64,000 nt of DNA from Alphaproteobacteria bacterium. GTDB lineage: Bacteria; Pseudomonadota; Alphaproteobacteria; RF32; CAG-239. The notes beneath the pieces were generated by a model that saw only the letters and a program-made list of their open reading frames with translations, searched no databases and was not told the origin of the DNA. This document shows, one piece after another, positions 8,128 through 18,301 of the stretch. The stretch is taken from assembly GCA_017937705.1 (NCBI GenBank), contig JAGBDC010000006.1:30422-94421 (forward strand). The letters are read 5' to 3'. The number at the start of each line of letters is the position of its first letter. Position 1 is the stretch's first letter. The translations under genes were made by a program, and so were the position numbers.

Positions 8128-8550
8128 TCATCTTTCGTAAAACTTCGCCCTGCCCTCATTGGCCGCTAAATCGGCAAACCTATTCCCGATTAAATGTGTC
8201 TGAAAATAACTTGTATGTGCCTTTATCTTTTCGACCGTTATTCCTCTCCGCCTAATCTGATATGCCCAATATTCACACATCTTATGACGGATATACTGCT
8301 CTCTTGTTCTAGGTTTATCTTTTATCTCATTATTAATGTAGGATATGGCTGTTTGGCTATCGGAGTAAATTATACCCTTACCTTCAGTTAGAATACTTGC
8401 CAAATGGATTGCAAATAATTCCGCTTCGTTATTTGAACTTGCCACAATCCAATTAGAATACACTTTGCGTTTCTGTCCGTCACAAACAACAATCCCTATT
8501 CCGGCCACACCTTTTTTCTCATCAAAAGAACTGTCACAAAAAGCTTTCAT
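8128..8550 (-). CDS. RNase H (type 1, RVT_3/archaeal-like) family protein
   Basis: DEDD-type motifs FCDSS, NNEAEL, YSDSQ and GNRFADLAA. AGGAGG sits 5 nt upstream of ATG 8550 (MKAFCD...), which is preferred over 8568. Confidence 0.7.
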   Translation of the reverse strand: MKAFCDSSFDEKKGVAGIGIVVCDGQKRKVYSNWIVASSNNEAELFAIHLASILTEGKGIIYSDSQTAISYINNEIKDKPRTREQYIRHKMCEYWAYQIRRRGITVEKIKAHTSYFQTHLIGNRFADLAANEGRAKFYER

Positions 8551-8594
8551 TTTGCCTCCTAACGGCAAGTTTGCCTTAATGTCAGCCCCTCCTG

Positions 8595-8610
8595 TTGATT
8601 ATATAATCAA
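8595..8610. promoter_or_regulatory. perfect 16-bp palindrome TTGATTATATAATCAA in a divergent promoter region
   Basis: Exact inverted repeat. It contains TATAAT on both strands and lies between the RNase H-like gene and the 8794 ORF. Confidence 0.3.
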
Positions 8611-8793
8611 TAAATTTACTTTAACAACAATTAGTGATGTTTTTGGATGTTCATAGCTATATACCCGATATTTCATCCGATTAAATCGCTATTTTTTGTC
8701 CACCGTAAACATAAAAAAGATAATTGCTTTTTTTATAAAAAAATGATATACAAACGAAATCGTTTTTTTATTATTCACTAAATACTATTTTTT

Positions 8794-9591
8794 ATGTTCA
8801 AAATTACCAGAACCAAAAAGGATATTCGTATATTGTGCGAAATCCTTGTAAAACAATCCCCTTTCGTGAGGTCTTGCGAACTGCACGGCAATCCGAAACT
8901 GGGTTATGAGATGTATCGTGGCGAGATGGTTAATCCGTCTTGGGTATGGCCTGCAAGGGTTGAACTTACTAACAACGAAGTACACTTCGGATGTTTTGTT
9001 TTTGACGAAAACACAAATACAGCTTCTTTCGGAAACGAAAACTTTTATCGTTGGAAAGAAAGAAAAGAAAATTTCTGCTACTTTGACAACACCAAACAAG
9101 TTGCCTTTTATCCGGGGAATGAACCAAAGACAGAAATTTTTTATGATGACAATTGTGTGAGAGAATTTTCTCTGTCAAGTGATGAGGTAATGCACATTTT
9201 TGAGGCTTATGTAAACTCAACTTACGTTGATGCTGAAGTAAAAAATGTAGTATTCAAAATTAAACATGGTAATCCGTACTATATTGCAGAAGCAAGCGTC
9301 AACGGAAAATCTGTTTATTGTGAGATGCCGGTCGGGCTTACTTATCACTCAAATCTGCTTAATACGGATAACCTTATTAAGGAGATTTCATCGACAGCAC
9401 TGTCTAATCCGTCTTTGTATTTCAATCCTGAAATCGGCAAATCCTACCTGTTATCTGAAGAAGTTATTCCTCAGAACAAATTGTGGATGGGCTCTCGCTT
9501 GATAGCTGTAGAATTTAATGCTATCGATTTTAAGCTCATTTCTTTCCGCGATGCAAAGTTCGCATGTTTTGAGCTTTATGATAACGTATAA
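8794..9591 (+). CDS. hypothetical protein
   Basis: 265-aa ORF with no recognisable motif and no clear SD. Several alternative-frame ORFs overlap it, hinting at atypical composition. Confidence 0.5.
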   Translation: MFKITRTKKDIRILCEILVKQSPFVRSCELHGNPKLGYEMYRGEMVNPSWVWPARVELTNNEVHFGCFVFDENTNTASFGNENFYRWKERKENFCYFDNTKQVAFYPGNEPKTEIFYDDNCVREFSLSSDEVMHIFEAYVNSTYVDAEVKNVVFKIKHGNPYYIAEASVNGKSVYCEMPVGLTYHSNLLNTDNLIKEISSTALSNPSLYFNPEIGKSYLLSEEVIPQNKLWMGSRLIAVEFNAIDFKLISFRDAKFACFELYDNV

Positions 9592-9650
9592 ATGTAACAT
9601 CTGCTCTTTAACAAAAAAATCCTCACTCTTCAAAGTGAGGATTTTTTTTG

Positions 9651-11213
9651 TTAATATTCTTTGCCATTTTTCAGAGCCATAAGATTTTCTATCGGATTTT
9701 TAACAATATCTTTGATATTTTTTTCTACTTCTGCCATATAACTTGTTTCAGGTTGGACAATAATATCTTTACTTGTATCTATTGCCTCAAAATATTGCAC
9801 TTTTGATACCCTTTCTCCATCTTTGTTTTTCCATCTGCGATATTGAGGTTTGGACAACTCTGCTACCGAAATTTTTTTATTATTTTTTTCCTCAATAATA
9901 ACACCGGCAGATATTTTATACATATCATTTAAAGGCATTTTGCCTTCGGGATTAAGTATGTCTGACAAATTGATATCTAACTTTGTTCCATCTTTTTCTA
10001 TATGAGCCGTATATAATTCTCTCAAAGCTTGCTCATAATAACTTCCCTTATTTTTAGTTCTTTTGGGAATTTTAATATTACCGCTATGAGAATCAGTAAC
10101 CAGTCTGTCAATTATTCCATCAACTGTACTATGGAAGTATTCATCAACCACTTTAAATGATTTTTCATACTCTGCAGCGATTTCTTCTTTGTTTTTTTCT
10201 TTTTTTACATAAGATAATGCTATTTTATTAATATGTTCTTCGGGCGCTTCTTCTAAAAAAGACATATTCTGAATAACAAGAGCGTGGCGTAACAAATTAC
10301 GATATTCATTAATGGTGAGATTTCCATTATATTCGGGTAAATTAAATCTTTCGCAAATTTTCTGATTGTTATGCCCTCTGACATAGAAATATGATTGCAT
10401 AAGCATATAATCAAGACGTTTTTTTCCGACTTCGGGTATCTCGACATCATTTTTTATATATTGAGAAAAATCCACACCACCTACGTTATAAGTCATTTGA
10501 ACACACTTTTGATAATTTTCATCATAAAATTCGGCATAGGAACCGCTATGATTACTGTTATTAAAAGCATTTCCCGCATTTTGAGCGGTATATTCTCCCG
10601 CAATGGTATTATCCCACATTTTTATAACACCATTAACAATAAGAGACATTTCTTTATCAAAATCTTCTTTATACTTACTTTTCGGATTAATAATCCCTTG
10701 CTCTATGGCATCCTTATAAAATTTGAATCTGGAGGTTATTCCCAATATTTTCGTATCCCCTGTTTTTATATATCTGTCTCGTACATATATGAGCTCGGCG
10801 AGATTAGCGGATATTTCGTTATGCATATCTAATTTATATGCCTGTTCAGGACTTACCGGATATTCACTTATACGCATTTTTTTATTATCACGATGTTTTT
10901 GTTCGTGAATAACACTCATTGCAATAAATTCTTCCGGCAAATCATAATGTCTGGCAAGTTTTTGATAATATAAAGTAATTGTATTTTTTGATCTGGAATA
11001 AGATCCATAATTAGTGATGCTGTTAACTGTATCAACCTGATAATCTATTTTTCTGGTAGGAACAACCGTAACAACTTTTTCTGTAGAATCACCATCATCT
11101 TTTTGAACAGCTTCTTTTGCAAAGGAATTTGAAGGAATAATGGTAGAAAGCAAAGTTGCAAAAGTTAACAACTTTTTTCGAAACCCTCCTTTTTGTTTTT
11201 TATTTTTTACCAT
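9651..11213 (-). CDS. secreted protein with an HExxH motif (possible zinc metallopeptidase or effector)
   Basis: Signal-like N-terminus KKLLTFATLLSTIIPSNSFA. A single HEQKH motif in SVIHEQKHRD. Otherwise unrecognised. Confidence 0.6.
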   Translation of the reverse strand: MVKNKKQKGGFRKKLLTFATLLSTIIPSNSFAKEAVQKDDGDSTEKVVTVVPTRKIDYQVDTVNSITNYGSYSRSKNTITLYYQKLARHYDLPEEFIAMSVIHEQKHRDNKKMRISEYPVSPEQAYKLDMHNEISANLAELIYVRDRYIKTGDTKILGITSRFKFYKDAIEQGIINPKSKYKEDFDKEMSLIVNGVIKMWDNTIAGEYTAQNAGNAFNNSNHSGSYAEFYDENYQKCVQMTYNVGGVDFSQYIKNDVEIPEVGKKRLDYMLMQSYFYVRGHNNQKICERFNLPEYNGNLTINEYRNLLRHALVIQNMSFLEEAPEEHINKIALSYVKKEKNKEEIAAEYEKSFKVVDEYFHSTVDGIIDRLVTDSHSGNIKIPKRTKNKGSYYEQALRELYTAHIEKDGTKLDINLSDILNPEGKMPLNDMYKISAGVIIEEKNNKKISVAELSKPQYRRWKNKDGERVSKVQYFEAIDTSKDIIVQPETSYMAEVEKNIKDIVKNPIENLMALKNGKEY

Positions 11214-11275
11214 ATTTCTTCTTCCTTAATTAGATGAAGTATATTTTACTATGTTTTTATTTGTTTGTAAATAAA

Positions 11276-11304
11276 CAAAAAGCGACAGTAATCTGTCGCT
11301 TTTA
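11276..11304. terminator. bidirectional intrinsic terminator downstream of fabZ
   Basis: AGCGACAG TAAT CTGTCGCT hairpin flanked by A and T runs. Confidence 0.6.
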
Positions 11305-11324
11305 TGTGCAAAAACTATGAAAAA

Positions 11325-11765
11325 TTATATAATCATTGCTGTAAACTCTGCTTCTGAAACAAGTTTTTCATCCACATAAGCCTTACCCTTAAAAACAAAA
11401 ACATTACGTCTTGCTTGAATTTTTTCTACATACATTTTAAGTTGATCACCCGGTTTTACAGGTTTACGAAATTTAACACCATCAATAGACATAAACAATA
11501 CATTAGGTGTTCTATCGCCTTCAGCTGCTGCAGAAACAATAGCCCCTGCAGTTTGAGCCATAGCTTCAATTTGTAATACTCCAGGCATTACCGGATTATT
11601 CGGAAAGTGACCTTGATAAAATTCTTCATTCATTGTAAGATTTTTTAATCCCATACCTTTTTCACCCGGAACTTCTACTTCCAATCTATCAACTAACAAA
11701 AACGGATAGCGGTGAGGTAAAAGTTTCATGATATCTTCGATATAGTAGATTTTATTTTCTGACAT
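11325..11765 (-). CDS. fabZ: 3-hydroxyacyl-ACP dehydratase FabZ
   Basis: LPHRYPFLLVDR and GHFP..PVMPGVL motifs. Confidence 0.9.
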   Translation of the reverse strand: MSENKIYYIEDIMKLLPHRYPFLLVDRLEVEVPGEKGMGLKNLTMNEEFYQGHFPNNPVMPGVLQIEAMAQTAGAIVSAAAEGDRTPNVLFMSIDGVKFRKPVKPGDQLKMYVEKIQARRNVFVFKGKAYVDEKLVSEAEFTAMII

Positions 11766-11786
11766 TTGTTTTTCCTTATTTAGTTA

Positions 11787-12800
11787 TTATTTTTTTGAAT
11801 TTTTTTGCAAGAATGATACTTGACGCATATAATCCTTAAACGGAACACAAGGAGTACCCATTACAACATTACCCGGTTCAATATCACGCATAACTCCCGA
11901 CTGAGCAGCAACCTGAACTCCGCTACCGATATTTAGGTGATCGGCAAAACCAGTTTGTCCGCCGCATACAACATAATCACCAAAATTACAACTTCCGGCA
12001 ATACCTGTCTGAGCAACAACAATACATCCTCGGCCCATTTTGTCGTTATGAGCTATTTGAACCAAATTGTCAATACGGCAACCATCACCGATAACCGTAT
12101 CGCCTAAAGCTCCTCTATCAATACAAGAACAAGAACCTACTTCAATATCATTTCCCATAATAACACGACCGAGTTGCGGTATACGTTTGTGAACACCATT
12201 TATAGTTTCAAAACCGAAACCGTCTTGACCGATACGTGCTCCATTATAAATATAACAATTATTACCCATGACGGTATATGCTACTGAACAATGAGCACCT
12301 AAACGGCAATCATCACCGATTACACATCCGTCAGAAATGATAACAAACGGCTCTATAACAGTGTTCTTACCAATTATTACATTAGCTCCGATAACCACAT
12401 AATCTGCAATAGATACCCCTTCACCGATTTGAGCTGACGGATGTATTTTTGCCGTATCTGCAATTTTGCTTTGAGGCTTTCTTTCCTCATACATCGCCTC
12501 TTTTAATTTTAGAGCTGCAACCTTTGGAGAATTTGTAGTTAAAATAATAACTCCATCGGCAACAAGGCTCGCTAATTCAGGTGTTGTAACACAAGCTGTT
12601 GCCTTTATTTCAGCACCGGCAGCTTTTTTCTTTCGGTCATAGAAAAAACAAATTTCTCCATCTTGAGCATCAAACATTGTGTTTATGTCATTAATAAGAA
12701 TATCATCTTTTCCGGTAGTTATAACTTCTGCATCGCATATTTCGGCAATTTGAGAAATTGTTAAAGAACCTTTATGGTTAAAAAATCTGGTATCTATCAT
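11787..12800 (-). CDS. lpxD: UDP-3-O-acylglucosamine N-acyltransferase LpxD
   Basis: Hexapeptide-repeat left-handed beta-helix protein of LpxD length, sitting between bamA and fabZ. Confidence 0.9.
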   Translation of the reverse strand: MIDTRFFNHKGSLTISQIAEICDAEVITTGKDDILINDINTMFDAQDGEICFFYDRKKKAAGAEIKATACVTTPELASLVADGVIILTTNSPKVAALKLKEAMYEERKPQSKIADTAKIHPSAQIGEGVSIADYVVIGANVIIGKNTVIEPFVIISDGCVIGDDCRLGAHCSVAYTVMGNNCYIYNGARIGQDGFGFETINGVHKRIPQLGRVIMGNDIEVGSCSCIDRGALGDTVIGDGCRIDNLVQIAHNDKMGRGCIVVAQTGIAGSCNFGDYVVCGGQTGFADHLNIGSGVQVAAQSGVMRDIEPGNVVMGTPCVPFKDYMRQVSFLQKNSKK

Positions 12801-12815
12801 AGCTTTCTCCTTAAA

Positions 12816-15077
12816 TTAGAGACTTGTTCCAAAATTTAATCTGAATACTTCTGTTTCATCGTAATCTTCTTTAACTACAGGGAAACCAAAGTCAATATCA
12901 ATTTTACCCATAGGTGACATCCAAGTAAATCCGAAACCTACGGAAACACGCGGACTAGATGAATATTCAACAATATCGTAGCTAACATCATCAGGTTTTC
13001 CCAGTGTACCGATGTCCACGAAAGTACGTCCTTTAATTCCGACTTCATCTAAACCTATCGGGAATGTCAATTCAGTACCGCCGTATACCATCCAGTTACC
13101 GCCTAAAGCATCTTTGGTATATTTATCACGTGCACCGATACCTGAACTGTCAAATCCGCGCATTGTAGAACCACCGAGAAAATATCTTTGGCTCAAACGA
13201 ACATTTTCGTTACCATAACCGGCTACATAACCACCGGTTACAAACATTTTCAAAGTATAGTCTTCTAAAAATGTATAGTAGAGATATGATTTTGCATCAA
13301 AACGCAAATATTTATCATCTCCTCCGAGCCCTCCGACATCGTTTGAAAATGACAAATAATATCCTTCCGTCGGAGAAATAGCATTATCTCTACGATCATA
13401 AGCTAATGTTTGACCGATACTTGAATCGATATATTTACCCTCTTGATTTTGGATATATATAGATGAATGCTTGCTGACATTTTCTATTTCTTCCTGTTGT
13501 AAGGTATAACGTAATGATTGAGACAAATTATCCGTATATCTCCATCCGAAACGTAAACGACCTCCTGTTCTTCCTTGATCGTATGATGACTCATCTTGAT
13601 AATCGGTTTCTGTTCGATAAACATCAACTCCGGCACTCAGCGGTAAACCGATAAAATATGGCTCGGTAAAACTGATATTATAATCTTGCTCTCTTTGCGA
13701 TACACCGACATCAACTCCGAGTCTTTGACCTTTACCACGGAAGTTATTTTCGGTTATACCGGCTCTGATTAAAGCTCCATTAACTGTAGAATATCCGATA
13801 CCTACATTGAAAAATCCGGTAGATTTCTCAGTAACATCTACATTAATATCCGCTTTGTTTCTATCACTTGTAGGAGATGTCTGAATATTAACATTGCTAA
13901 AGTAATTTAAATTTTCAATATTACGACGAGATGCCCTAATTTTTGCGGCATTAAATGCGTCACCTTCATTCAAACGAAACTCTCTTCTGATAACTTCATC
14001 ATAAGTTCTTGTATTTCCGGTAATATTGATTTGATTGATAAAAATACGAGCACCTTCACGAATGCGGAATATGATTTCCATAGTGCCATCCTGCATATTT
14101 TTATTTAGTTCCGGTTCAACTTCTACAAAAGCAAATCCTTTTTTGCCGATTTCTTCGGTTAATGTATAAACACTTTTTTCAACCTTATCAGCATTATACC
14201 AGTCACCCTCTTCTATCTCGAGTTCTTTTTTTAGGGCATCAACATCGATATCACCGATACTCGATTTTATGTTTATTTTATTAACTTTATATCTTTTTCC
14301 TTCCTCTAATACCATTGTAATTAAAAAAGATTCGCTGGAAGGACTCAATTCGGCAACAGCAGAAATTACACGAAAATCGGCATATCCGTTTTTGAGATAA
14401 AAGCGACGTAACAACTCTTTATCATAGTTTGTTTTTTCAGGATCATAATTTTCTGAAGTTGAGAAAATTCGCCACCAACGAGTTTCTTTACTCAAAATTT
14501 CGCTTTGTAAATCATTATCTGAATAGTGTTCATTTCCGACAAAGTTTATTTTTGTAATTTTAGCTAAAGGACCTTCATCAATTTCATAAATCAAATCAAC
14601 ACGATTTTGATCTCTTTCAATAACTTTAGGTTCAACAACTGCGGCATAACGTCCAACTCTTTTATAAATATTCAAAATACGTTGGGTATCTTCTTGAACC
14701 TTTGCAACACTATATATAGAACGAGGTGCTAATTGAACTTCGCTTTCCAACATTTTGTCGTCAATTTTATCATTACCATCAAAAAAACGCTTATTTACAA
14801 TCGGATTTTCGGAAACATTAATATTTAATGTACTCCCTTTAATATCAAATTTCACATCTGAGAATAAGCCTGTTGTATAAAGTTTCTTAAAAGCATCATT
14901 CAACTGTTCTTGCGAAACATCACTACCGGGAGCAATATTTACATAAGAAAGAACAGTCTCACGTTCAACACGTTGTATTCCGCTTACGTTAATACTATTA
15001 ACCTGAGTAGCTAAAACATCGTTTGCTCCCATAAGAGCAGGAATTAATGCTACTAAATATTTCTTTTTCATTATCAA
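12816..15077 (-). CDS. bamA: outer membrane protein assembly factor BamA
   Basis: About 750 aa with a signal peptide, POTRA-like repeats and a C-terminal beta-barrel. Conserved position after rseP. Confidence 0.9.
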   Translation of the reverse strand: MIMKKKYLVALIPALMGANDVLATQVNSINVSGIQRVERETVLSYVNIAPGSDVSQEQLNDAFKKLYTTGLFSDVKFDIKGSTLNINVSENPIVNKRFFDGNDKIDDKMLESEVQLAPRSIYSVAKVQEDTQRILNIYKRVGRYAAVVEPKVIERDQNRVDLIYEIDEGPLAKITKINFVGNEHYSDNDLQSEILSKETRWWRIFSTSENYDPEKTNYDKELLRRFYLKNGYADFRVISAVAELSPSSESFLITMVLEEGKRYKVNKINIKSSIGDIDVDALKKELEIEEGDWYNADKVEKSVYTLTEEIGKKGFAFVEVEPELNKNMQDGTMEIIFRIREGARIFINQINITGNTRTYDEVIRREFRLNEGDAFNAAKIRASRRNIENLNYFSNVNIQTSPTSDRNKADINVDVTEKSTGFFNVGIGYSTVNGALIRAGITENNFRGKGQRLGVDVGVSQREQDYNISFTEPYFIGLPLSAGVDVYRTETDYQDESSYDQGRTGGRLRFGWRYTDNLSQSLRYTLQQEEIENVSKHSSIYIQNQEGKYIDSSIGQTLAYDRRDNAISPTEGYYLSFSNDVGGLGGDDKYLRFDAKSYLYYTFLEDYTLKMFVTGGYVAGYGNENVRLSQRYFLGGSTMRGFDSSGIGARDKYTKDALGGNWMVYGGTELTFPIGLDEVGIKGRTFVDIGTLGKPDDVSYDIVEYSSSPRVSVGFGFTWMSPMGKIDIDFGFPVVKEDYDETEVFRLNFGTSL

Positions 15078-15093
15078 TATCCTCTAATACAAT

Positions 15094-16227
15094 TTATACA
15101 AACCAACGCTTAAACAAATGGACAATATCATTCCATGTAGCAAAAAGCATTAATGCAATTAATAAAGCGAAACCACACTTAAACAAAAATTCTTTTACTT
15201 TAGGATTGATTTCCTTACGAGTAATTATCTCTACTAAGAAAATAACCACATGACCACCATCTAAAACAGGAATCGGAAATAAATTAATCAATCCCAAGTT
15301 AATAGAAAGTAATGCCATAAATGCTATAAAATCAACCAATCCGTTTTTCTTTGAGATATCGCCGGACATTTCGGCAATACGCAAAATACCGCCTAAATCC
15401 TCTGTACCTCTATCACCGACAATCATTTGTTTTACACCGCGTAAAGTACCTACGGTTATACGCCATGTTTCACTTGTTGCTTCAACGAAAGCTTGCGCAA
15501 CGGATAACTTTTCGTTATCTAATTCTATTGAACTTTGTGACTTTATGCCTAACATAGGTCTTTGGGTTTTAGTTCCGTTTTCTTCCACTTCAAGCGGCTT
15601 TAGGTTTACCGAAAACTCCAAATTTTCTTCATTTCTTATGAGTTTTATATTCGCTTTTCCGTCTGTTATCAAAGCTATTTCAGTACTTATGTCGCTAAAA
15701 GTTTTTATTTTCTTTCCGTTAATCTCGGTTATTCTGTCACCGGTTTTAATACCTGCTTCATAAGCAGCCCCCTCAGGAATAACATCACCGACAACCGGAG
15801 GAAAAGTAAATTTGCCCAATGTAATGAACATCAAAGCAAAAACCAAAATTGCAAAAAGATAATTAAATCCGGGACCGCCTAAAACTATCGCCAATTTTTT
15901 CCATGGATTTTGAAAAGCAAAAGCCTCTTTCTTTTCTTCTTCGGTCAATGAAGAAATAACTTCATCATTTTCTCCTGCTGAAGCTCCGTTAGAATCACCC
16001 AAAAATTGGCAATATCCTCCCAAAGGAATCGCACATATTTTCCAATTTGTGCCATGTTTATCGGTAAAACCGCATAACTGTTTACCGAAGCCGATAGCAA
16101 AATCCGTTACTTTAACACCACAAAGACGGGCAATAATAAAATGCCCGAATTCGTGAACAAATACCAATACTCCCAGTAATACGATAAACGGTACTACATA
16201 GTAGAAAGCATTTACTATACCATTCAT
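15094..16227 (-). CDS. rseP: RIP metalloprotease RseP
   Basis: HEFGHFIIAR (HExxH) in the first transmembrane segment, a PDZ-like middle region and multiple transmembrane segments. Confidence 0.85.
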   Translation of the reverse strand: MNGIVNAFYYVVPFIVLLGVLVFVHEFGHFIIARLCGVKVTDFAIGFGKQLCGFTDKHGTNWKICAIPLGGYCQFLGDSNGASAGENDEVISSLTEEEKKEAFAFQNPWKKLAIVLGGPGFNYLFAILVFALMFITLGKFTFPPVVGDVIPEGAAYEAGIKTGDRITEINGKKIKTFSDISTEIALITDGKANIKLIRNEENLEFSVNLKPLEVEENGTKTQRPMLGIKSQSSIELDNEKLSVAQAFVEATSETWRITVGTLRGVKQMIVGDRGTEDLGGILRIAEMSGDISKKNGLVDFIAFMALLSINLGLINLFPIPVLDGGHVVIFLVEIITRKEINPKVKEFLFKCGFALLIALMLFATWNDIVHLFKRWFV

Positions 16228-16241
16228 AAAAAACTAACCTC

Positions 16242-17021
16242 TTAAAACATATACATAGAATAAAGAATTACACCTAAAAGCAATATCGGAGCAGTAAAGA
16301 TGAGTCCGTCCACTCTATCAAATACCCCGCCATGTCCGGGGATAAGACTACTGGAATCTTTAACTCCTACTTTGCGTTTAATTGCAGATTCAATTAAATC
16401 TCCAATTTGTTCTACAACTGCCAAAACAGCTGCAACTGCCGCATAATAAATATATTCCGGCCAATTTACCAAATAAGCAAACACTCCCCCCGTAATTCCG
16501 GCAAACAACATTCCGCCGATTAGACCTGACCAAGTTTTATTCGGGCTTATTTTAGGAGCAAGTTTCGGTCCTTTTACATTGCAACCTACGGCATATCCGC
16601 CGATATCAACACTCCACACTACCAAAAGCAACCACAAAACCGCCAGTGGAGATAATGCAATCATAAACCACATTAAAGAGCCCACACCTATTGAAATGTA
16701 AGGCACTCCAAGAGCCAGTAACCATCTGTGTTTTTCACCTTTTGCTTTAACAAAAACCACAACGGTAGCTAATGCCATCATCAAGAAAATACCAAACCAA
16801 TAATGGAGCATAACAGCTGTAGCCATTGATAAAGTATAGATTGTCGAATATACTGCCTTTTTATTTTGAGCAATCATATCACTCCATTCCCATGCCAAAA
16901 GAGCCCCGATGGTCAAAACTAAAAAATTGAAATACGGAAACTCTAAAAAGATGCTTCCGATGACCAACGGTCCTAAAATGAGGGCAGTTATTGTTCTTTT
17001 TAAAAGGTTACTTTTTGCCAT
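16242..17021 (-). CDS. cdsA: phosphatidate cytidylyltransferase CdsA
   Basis: Polytopic membrane protein with the C-terminal motif SAIKRKVGVKDSSSLIPGHGGVFDRVD. Start MAKSNLL at 17021 is preferred and overlaps the uppS stop by 14 nt. Confidence 0.8.
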   Translation of the reverse strand: MAKSNLLKRTITALILGPLVIGSIFLEFPYFNFLVLTIGALLAWEWSDMIAQNKKAVYSTIYTLSMATAVMLHYWFGIFLMMALATVVVFVKAKGEKHRWLLALGVPYISIGVGSLMWFMIALSPLAVLWLLLVVWSVDIGGYAVGCNVKGPKLAPKISPNKTWSGLIGGMLFAGITGGVFAYLVNWPEYIYYAAVAAVLAVVEQIGDLIESAIKRKVGVKDSSSLIPGHGGVFDRVDGLIFTAPILLLGVILYSMYMF

Positions 17022-17709
17022 ATCTTCTCTCCCGAGTATTATAATTTTGAATAATATCTTCCAATTCTTTACGTCCGAAATCGGGCCATAAAACATCGGT
17101 AAAATAAAGTTCGGAATAAGCCAATTGCCATAACAGATAATTGCTTATTCTTTGTTCTCCGCTGGTTCTGACTAACATATCAGGATCAGGGATATCTTTT
17201 GTATAAAGTAGTGCCGAAAACAATTTTTCATCAATATCACCAACATCAATGCTACCATTTTTTACCAAAACAGCTACACGATGAGCAGCTTTTATGATTT
17301 CTTGACGAGATCCGTAGCTGATTGCTAAACATAGGGTAAAATCCTTGTTATTTGCGGTTTGTTCTTCTATTTCCGACATTTTCACCACAATATCACTATC
17401 CAACATATTGCGTTCGCCGATAAAAACAATTCGCACATTATTCTTTTGTATTTCTTGCAAATCGTTTTTCAAATATTCTCGCAAAAGCCCCATAAGAGCT
17501 TCTACTTCTTCAGGGCTACGTTGCCAATTTTCTGTTGAAAAAGCGTATAATGTCAAATATTTTATGCCCAAATCTTTGGCATCTCGACAGACCTGTTCAA
17601 GTTGCTTTGCCCCTTGACGATGTCCGGCCACCGCAGGCAATCCTCTTTTTTTTGCCCAACGGCGATTTCCGTCCATAATTATCGCTAAGTGATTGAGTTG
17701 ATTATCCAC
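17008..17709 (-). CDS. uppS: undecaprenyl diphosphate synthase UppS
   Basis: IIMDGNRRWA and RTSGEQRISNYLLWQ motifs. Confidence 0.9.
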   Translation of the reverse strand: MDNQLNHLAIIMDGNRRWAKKRGLPAVAGHRQGAKQLEQVCRDAKDLGIKYLTLYAFSTENWQRSPEEVEALMGLLREYLKNDLQEIQKNNVRIVFIGERNMLDSDIVVKMSEIEEQTANNKDFTLCLAISYGSRQEIIKAAHRVAVLVKNGSIDVGDIDEKLFSALLYTKDIPDPDMLVRTSGEQRISNYLLWQLAYSELYFTDVLWPDFGRKELEDIIQNYNTRERRYGKK

Positions 17710-17723
17710 GACAAACCCCTACT

Positions 17724-18287
17724 CTATACTTGCATAATGTCTTTTTCTTTTTGAGCTAAAACTTCATCAATTTTTTTGATGCTTTCATCCGTAAATTTTT
17801 GAATTTCATTTTCATAACGTTTTTCTTCGTCTTCTGAAATTTCATTATCTTTTTTAAGTTTTTTAATTCCATCCAAAGCATCACGACGAATATTACGAAC
17901 TGCAACCTTGCTTTGTTCGGTATATTTGCCGGCAACTTTTACCAACTCTTTTCTGCGTTCTTCACTCAAAGGAGGAATTGGAATACGAATTAATTGCCCA
18001 TCAGATACGGGATTGAGACCTAAATCTGATTCTTGAATAGCTTTTTCTACGGCTTTAGCCATACCTCTATCCCAAACACTAACCGACAAACAACGAGCAT
18101 CAGGAACACTGATTGTTCCCACTTGAGAAATCGGTGTCATAGAGCCATAAGCATCTACCATAATTCCGTCAAGCAGACTTGCATGTGCACGACCGGCACG
18201 CAAACCGCCTAAATCACTTTTTAGAGCTTCGATGGTTTTTTCCATTCTGCTCTTGGTATTTTCTTTAATTTCTGAATAGTCAGCCAT
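17724..18287 (-). CDS. frr: ribosome recycling factor
   Basis: Typical 187-aa Frr sequence (GRAHASLLDGI..., IPPLSEERRKELVK). Confidence 0.95.
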   Translation of the reverse strand: MADYSEIKENTKSRMEKTIEALKSDLGGLRAGRAHASLLDGIMVDAYGSMTPISQVGTISVPDARCLSVSVWDRGMAKAVEKAIQESDLGLNPVSDGQLIRIPIPPLSEERRKELVKVAGKYTEQSKVAVRNIRRDALDGIKKLKKDNEISEDEEKRYENEIQKFTDESIKKIDEVLAQKEKDIMQV

Positions 18288-18301
18288 TTGTAACCTCTTT
18301 A

